Assembly (NCBI GenBank): GCA_023247725.1
Contig: JAHFFW010000002.1
Span: forward strand, 160-64,159
DNA length: 64,000 nt
Direction of reading: 5' to 3'
Source of the DNA: Candidatus Omnitrophota bacterium
GTDB taxonomy: Bacteria; Omnitrophota; Gorgyraeia; Zapsychrales; JAHFFX01
Of this stretch, positions 59,401 to 64,000 are shown in pieces. The stretch's first letter is position 1. Each line of letters starts with the position of its first letter. A program made the position numbers and the translations under genes. The notes under the pieces were generated by a model. That model did not search any database, was not told where the DNA came from, and was given only the letters and a program-made list of their open reading frames with translations.

Positions 59401-62400
59401 TCGCTTACGCAAGCCCCCCAAGGTTCAAACCCCGGCGATGTTATTGAGATAGACGGGAAAAAATATATCGTGACGAAGGATCACCAAAAGATTCAGGAAG
59501 GGCAACGGGCCTCTTCCGGACTCTTCGACCAGATTTTCTACAATACCGGTAAACAATTCCAATTGGCCATGCAGAATTATTTTTCGGGTGGCGGGGCCTT
59601 CGGGTATCTGGATGAAGACGAGGACGGCAATGTTATATTCCGATGGGATCGCGGCAAAAGGGGTGAACCAGGATACATTCCTGCCACTAATCAGATGCTG
59701 GAATTTGCCACGGCATTGACCCGCATGAGCGGCTTCAGTGTGGAAACAGCCCTGGAAGCAGACAGTGTCTGGAAAACCATGCTCAAAGAAAATACCGAGG
59801 CCAAAGGCGACGAAGTCTTACCGACCCAGGAGGAAATCAATGATCCGGCCAAATGGGCCGCGTTTATTAAGCGGGTGCGCAAGGACGACAAGAAACGGGC
59901 GAAGAATTTTGAAGCCATGGTGGCCCAAGGCAAGAAAGACCAGATTATGACTCTGGAAGACCAGTTCAGGATGACGTGGCTTCGCAGCCATAACCCTGGG
60001 ACAGCCGAGATGAGTTATCTGGCCAATATCACTCTTCCTGCCTCGATCATTACGAATATGGAAACGACCATGGGAGTTATTTTATCAACCTTACCCGCCG
60101 GCGCCCGTCAGGCGTTCTACAATTTAGGATTCACTCTTTACGACACGGTTGGATTAACAACAGACAATGGCACCATTATTCTTTATAACGCTGACAAGGA
60201 CCCATCGATTCCAGGAGTGATTACCGGTGATTTGGTAGGGACACGTTTTCTTTTGTTTGGTCAAAATCTGGGTCAACTTCAAGGCCAGATGGCTAGTAGA
60301 ATTGTGACGACGGTCCAGGTCAATGAAGAGGACTGGGAGAGTTTTCAAGACAAGGCGAAGCAATTAGGCATCAAAATAAAAAAAGGCAAGAAAGAAGGTC
60401 ATAAACAGACCGTCAATTTGTTGTTATCTCCGGAGCAGTTTGAGCAAATTGTGCGAACGGCAAAAGACAAAAAAGGAAATGTGGTTTATAGCGTAGCCCT
60501 CAATCCGGTAACGAAAGACAATGCTCTCACGTCCAAAAAAGACGGAGCAAATTTGGCTTTGGGAGATATCTTGGCCATTACAGAATCCGGTGGCGGGGGA
60601 AGCATTACGAAAATTACAAAGAAAAAGGATCAATCGTTCGAGATTGAGATTGCCATGCCCGGCGGTAAAACTATGACCAGAATCCTCTCCGCCGGTGAAA
60701 CAGTTTCCATTCTCGGCTCGGGCTTGGCTTTAGGTGATACGGTCGCTACGACTGAGTCAGAAGGGGCTTTGGGCAAAATTAATAAAATTACGAAATTGCC
60801 TAATGGGAAATTCCAGGTGGAAATCTTGATGCCAAACGGCGGCATTATCACAAAGACCTTGTCCGCCGATAGCCATATTAAAATTGTGTCCAATGAACTT
60901 TCTTCCGCAATCTCCCCGCTGGCTGCCAAGGTCAGCGTCTCCTATGACGTGAATGACTGGTACAGTATGAACTTCTCTACGCCTGTTTTAAGCCTCGCTG
61001 CACAAAAGAAGTTAGGCTTATCTTATAAGGACACCTATCTGCGGTATCGTGATCAAGTCGGTAAGATCAAGCAGTTTGATCAGGAAGTTCCGGTCCTGGT
61101 TAAGTCCACCGATGACAACAAATTAAATTTTTTGCTCAATGTAGATAATGCCTATGTTGCGATGGGTCAGGATGAAAGTTATGTGGTGGATCAGAAGGGG
61201 GAGATTGCTGCCCAAAGGCTAGGCAAAAGCCTCAGCTTTGATCTTCAATTTAAACACCCTGGCGGTCTGGTCGATCAAATTTTATATTCGTTCGGTGGTC
61301 CGGCGGGAAAACAGTTTGTGCAATACATGAACAACAGGCGTATTGGTCGTACGGGTCTGGAAATCTACCGTATTGTCGCCGGAAAAGTTACGGGAGACCG
61401 ATTGAATTCTTATGCCAGGGTCATGGAAGGGGAGAATCCAAAGGAGGTTTATAAGAACCTTTCTCAGCAAGAGGCGATTATTTATGCTGGTGGATATTTT
61501 ACCTTGCCTGGAACTTCTGCCAACGTTTCCAATGCCGGGTTTTCCTTTATGATCGGTATATTGAATGGACAAAGGGAGATCGCCCTCGAGCCAGGTTTCA
61601 ATAAGCCACTTTCTGTGCACATCGGACGCCTTCCTTTAATTGGTCGGTTGAAGACCGCGATTTTGATTGGAGGAAAACCGGTCGCCATGCAGATTCCAGG
61701 AGAAGGAAAAGCCGCCGAGGTCCAAGAAATCGGCGTGCAGGGGGTTGATTTGTCGTTAAGCGGTAACGCCGAAAATTTTGGAGCGCAGATTTCCCATTTC
61801 GTCAAAGGCGGTTCAACGCTTACTTCGATGGACTACATTAAGCGGCGCTATTTTCGTGAATTGGCCAGTAATCAACGAGCTGGGGAAAATGCTTATACTG
61901 GCAATGACCAGGATAAAGCCGTCTCTTCGGGAACCGCTAATGCAGAGGAGTCCGGCAAGCCAAAGGCTGGTTTCAAGGTTGATGAAAAAAATGAATTTTT
62001 CCTTTTTACCGCTGGAGAGGGCGAGGCCGGAATGGGAATCGATCTGGGAGGTCTGGCTGATCTCAGTGGACGGATGCGCAATGATATGCTTCCCGGAATT
62101 CAGGTGCTGTTGCCAGATCATATTAAGAGGGTTGTTACAAAGAATGCCAAGGGAGAGATCGTCTATGCCAAAACCAATGCCCGGGGAGAACCACTCTATG
62201 AAGAAGATAGCGTGGCCCTGGCAACGGTTATGAAGCTCACCGATGATCAGAAGGTTTATCGTCGCAAAAAAGACGGACAGCTTGTGTCAGCGGGCGAACG
62301 AGTCAAGGGAGAGGAATATGATGCAGGTTTGTGGGTGATGAATGATAAGGGTGAAATTGAATTTAAAATACCACGACATAATTCTCTCGTCGAGGTCGGG

Positions 62401-64000
62401 GCCTTTGGAACCCGATATGGCGGAGGTCAGGCGTTTCTTCACCACGGAGCAGAAGAGGCCGATAAGTTTCTTTTAGCAAGTTTGCATAACCGGCGCGTGC
62501 ATGTCTCGCTGGGACTAGGACCCGGGGATGAACCGGCTTTCGTGAGCGGCATTGGACCAAAGCAAGGCCTCATCTTAGATACCCAGGAGTTTGAAAAAAA
62601 TAGTTTTATTGAAGCCAAGGGGGTCAAAGATCGCTTTACTGCAGATTATCTCAGCACGCATGGGTCATGGAATGTCATGATTACCGGTGTTCTTAAGAAC
62701 ATGAATGTGGAAGAGCTCGCTAAGCTTTTGGGGAAGGACGGGGGCGTGCGAGGTTATATCCAAGGCCTCGAGGCACTTTCTCCGGAAGAAATGAAGACGA
62801 TTGCTGTCGTCAGTCAAATTTTGGGGACGAATCCTGAGGACCCAGAACAAATGCGTCGGTTTGAATCCTGGTTTGGCAAAATCGCACCGGATCGCCAGAA
62901 AAAACTTCTTGCTGAGATTGACAGTTTGATGGCCGAGGTCGAGGCGCAGCGAACCGGCGCTCCTCAATTGACGGCGGAGCAACGCGAACAGCTGGCCAAG
63001 CTTTTGCCGGAAGTGAATAGTCATATCCAAGGTCGGGCGGAGATTTCCCCAGAGGATAAAGATTTGCTCAATCGTGTCAATCAGGCCTTTCAGGAGAGCC
63101 TCAATGATCCAGAAGAGATGGCTCGGCTGAGATCTCTGTTTGGAAAAATCACATCAGGCTCGCAAGACGACGTGATCAATCAGATAGCCAGCTTAATAGT
63201 GGGGAAGGCGTCTTTAACCCCACAGCAACGAGTGGCCTCAGCCAATGATATCGTGGACGCCCTTAATGCGGATGAGATGGAACCCCTGCGAGTTCGCTTC
63301 ATGAATGCCTTGGGTGATAAGGATTATATTGGCCAGACGATTGCTTTACAAGTAAAAGGGAAGGATCAGCTTTTTGCGCAGGCCATTAAGAGTGGGAATA
63401 AGACCAGCAATGCCGCTTCGACGCAAGATAATTCTGGCCTGCTGGAAGATTACATCATGCTGACGAAGTCGAAGGGACAAATTGCCAATACGGCTTCCGT
63501 GGATTTGGCGATTTCCGCTAAAGAAGGCGAAGCCGTCTTGGAGATCAATACGCAAGGGGATCTTTCGACCCATCAATTCACCCCGGGGGCGATTTGGAGG
63601 CTACCGCGGGCGGGGCCGTCGTATCTATATCAGGTGGCCTCTACGGATTTAAGAGGCAACACGGTGACGCCACTCGGAACGTTCAAAGGCAACGACGCCT
63701 TAAGTAAGATTTTAGATGGTAATATTCCCGATCTTCCTCTCCCGGCGCTGCAGTTGGCCGGAAGAACGCCTAAAGAGGAAGTAACCGTTAAGCTAACTTC
63801 TAGTGGTGAAGAGGTTCCATCAACTGCCGATCAATCTGCCGGCATCTTATCAAACCAGCCAACGGGAGCAGGCGCTTTCAATAATCCATTTACATCGTTC
63901 ATTCGAGTTGCAACCGGCCCGACGCAAAACAATAATCAAGAACCGGTTTCTGAAGTAGATTTTGCTAAGATTATCAACAAGGATGTGAATGCTGCCGGCG
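56491..64000 (+). CDS. giant membrane-anchored protein (partial, over 2500 aa, runs off window end) with C39/papain-like peptidase domain
   Basis: Frame 1 is open from the ATG at 56491 (SD-like aggtgg upstream) to the window end. The ORF track omitted it because it has no stop in the window, and the track lists no other frame-1 ORF there. Hand translation shows a TM helix (WIRNVAFVVVFVFTPEQISWAF); a C39-like Cys/His region (HPLNCGIYALRDIL ... GSEHFVTVTRFEGNTVYFMD); a hydrophobic Gly/Ala/Met-rich membrane region; hexapeptide beta-helix-like repeats (GAVVESDVVLKSGAVVEAGAIIKTGSVVGSGAHIGEHAMIGANSQIGANATIATDAIVGAHAVIEKGATVMAGATV); and an internal tandem duplication (ITKITKKKDQSFEIEIAMPGGKTMTRILSAGETVSILG / INKITKLPNGKFQVEILMPNGGIITKTLSADSHIKIVS). 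Confidence 0.7.
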   Translation, partial: MDNRMDKKDPAIAEDGESIESPINDYIGQLDIHLSKERKRFKSRFKQWIRNVAFVVVFVFTPEQISWAFNYDPTVLWRDKFAHQAQVASSVASAEEISSANIAASVEQLLNQIAYKEKSRIQLKITNSAIANSELNTRDLAIDSNVFFTKNRIKEIYDWLKSPDIHPLNCGIYALRDILSSHQIEISLEELSVATLMVDLMNNIVRPGEEKLKTSLYAINKVVDAYGLNLEPFKLDPKNVLKVKPPFIANFGSEHFVTVTRFEGNTVYFMDIGRSMSLPQDEFVSQLSGFILAAEPTDLGIAYEPVPDQMMAFIWGNRWHSRHHLLPGLISGKSLAISTAINVGMMFGGAWLGSVTMGKNFTTLLEIAMTLGQGASILGESVATMCVMAGKCSAKTAFLLNMGISAGITMGVSAMASAGAFGPYSNPTSSVSALTQINALLDKLGIVGDVIQHIAGGFSHIAKIFGRFFGIGQGRIFAQSPFGSFLQNMGMIGPHQTFVGQILEGVAKGIGWGFKQLAKVFGYKEKPAPSVDPTATVDPTAVLEKGVVVKAGAVVESDVVLKSGAVVEAGAIIKTGSVVGSGAHIGEHAMIGANSQIGANATIATDAIVGAHAVIEKGATVMAGATVRAQARVLAGATVGGGENVPMGAIFTGEVAEKVANVAQISVVQALGRFGVGFTKGFALGVGVGYVEYEIAQMIQDALGEDANPIIVQTILTIGTSVGGALAMTAITHFADKAFHVGYGKLTGDDKAKAKATEAAEQKAMRATYVYQSSESNLEDPNDVFGKAILKMERDEFVFQKEFSKVNSQFSFIGQLFAAFKGELPNIVGQLSGMAIRLLAYRLAGGKNAKKNIADADTNFSQALGQIGNTIGSLGYSGLSPAARRQMQEKQQTSWGRLLLRRLTQGALAAALYLGLDKIEDGLIRNQGFSGLGPGMDALEVRALLFLGSAVVVGFSKALTLKLVGYFPVISLTQAPQGSNPGDVIEIDGKKYIVTKDHQKIQEGQRASSGLFDQIFYNTGKQFQLAMQNYFSGGGAFGYLDEDEDGNVIFRWDRGKRGEPGYIPATNQMLEFATALTRMSGFSVETALEADSVWKTMLKENTEAKGDEVLPTQEEINDPAKWAAFIKRVRKDDKKRAKNFEAMVAQGKKDQIMTLEDQFRMTWLRSHNPGTAEMSYLANITLPASIITNMETTMGVILSTLPAGARQAFYNLGFTLYDTVGLTTDNGTIILYNADKDPSIPGVITGDLVGTRFLLFGQNLGQLQGQMASRIVTTVQVNEEDWESFQDKAKQLGIKIKKGKKEGHKQTVNLLLSPEQFEQIVRTAKDKKGNVVYSVALNPVTKDNALTSKKDGANLALGDILAITESGGGGSITKITKKKDQSFEIEIAMPGGKTMTRILSAGETVSILGSGLALGDTVATTESEGALGKINKITKLPNGKFQVEILMPNGGIITKTLSADSHIKIVSNELSSAISPLAAKVSVSYDVNDWYSMNFSTPVLSLAAQKKLGLSYKDTYLRYRDQVGKIKQFDQEVPVLVKSTDDNKLNFLLNVDNAYVAMGQDESYVVDQKGEIAAQRLGKSLSFDLQFKHPGGLVDQILYSFGGPAGKQFVQYMNNRRIGRTGLEIYRIVAGKVTGDRLNSYARVMEGENPKEVYKNLSQQEAIIYAGGYFTLPGTSANVSNAGFSFMIGILNGQREIALEPGFNKPLSVHIGRLPLIGRLKTAILIGGKPVAMQIPGEGKAAEVQEIGVQGVDLSLSGNAENFGAQISHFVKGGSTLTSMDYIKRRYFRELASNQRAGENAYTGNDQDKAVSSGTANAEESGKPKAGFKVDEKNEFFLFTAGEGEAGMGIDLGGLADLSGRMRNDMLPGIQVLLPDHIKRVVTKNAKGEIVYAKTNARGEPLYEEDSVALATVMKLTDDQKVYRRKKDGQLVSAGERVKGEEYDAGLWVMNDKGEIEFKIPRHNSLVEVGAFGTRYGGGQAFLHHGAEEADKFLLASLHNRRVHVSLGLGPGDEPAFVSGIGPKQGLILDTQEFEKNSFIEAKGVKDRFTADYLSTHGSWNVMITGVLKNMNVEELAKLLGKDGGVRGYIQGLEALSPEEMKTIAVVSQILGTNPEDPEQMRRFESWFGKIAPDRQKKLLAEIDSLMAEVEAQRTGAPQLTAEQREQLAKLLPEVNSHIQGRAEISPEDKDLLNRVNQAFQESLNDPEEMARLRSLFGKITSGSQDDVINQIASLIVGKASLTPQQRVASANDIVDALNADEMEPLRVRFMNALGDKDYIGQTIALQVKGKDQLFAQAIKSGNKTSNAASTQDNSGLLEDYIMLTKSKGQIANTASVDLAISAKEGEAVLEINTQGDLSTHQFTPGAIWRLPRAGPSYLYQVASTDLRGNTVTPLGTFKGNDALSKILDGNIPDLPLPALQLAGRTPKEEVTVKLTSSGEEVPSTADQSAGILSNQPTGAGAFNNPFTSFIRVATGPTQNNNQEPVSEVDFAKIINKDVNAAG

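Overview
This 64-kb window is the replication-origin region of a bacterial chromosome. Everything left of about 15.3 kb is on the minus strand (thrS-infC-rpmI-rplT-pheS-x-pheT, three tRNAs, coaC, rpoZ, gmk, yicC, ndk, parB, parA, jag-like, yidC, yidD, rpmH). A likely oriC with a perfect DnaA box sits at the strand switch. Everything to the right is on the plus strand (dnaA, dnaN, DUF721-like, gyrB, gyrA). Downstream of gyrA a tRNA-Glu marks a small accessory island: an apparently intact IS with terminal inverted repeats and a 19-bp target-site duplication, a DUF4105 gene carrying two lesions, and a DUF488 plus unknown-gene pair. Housekeeping metabolism follows (GST, CN-hydrolase, malate dehydrogenase). 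From about 32.6 to 55.2 kb there is a large, highly elaborated Tad/Flp-type (tight-adherence) pilus locus. It has 12 prepilin-like genes, three of them fused to very cysteine-rich extracellular domains, one of which is a 1724-aa TadG-like protein. It also has an RcpA/CpaC secretin carrying two C-terminal TonB_C domains, a TadZ(CpaE)-TadA(CpaF) ATPase fusion, CpaB, TadB, TadC and DUF192, and it is interrupted by an unrelated 645-aa HTH protein. After a 1.2-kb AT-rich leader the window ends inside a giant ORF (more than 2500 aa, no stop before the window end). That ORF has a TM segment, a C39/papain-like peptidase domain, beta-helix-like hexapeptide repeats and internal tandem repeats. Base composition is strongly heterogeneous, from about 30% GC in parA-yidC to more than 50% in the Tad locus. 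No CRISPR array or rRNA was seen. The combination of multi-pilin Tad machinery with giant ORFs is reminiscent (inference only) of uncultivated lineages such as Omnitrophota. The most likely undescribed system is the cysteine-rich, fused-component Tad-like apparatus.
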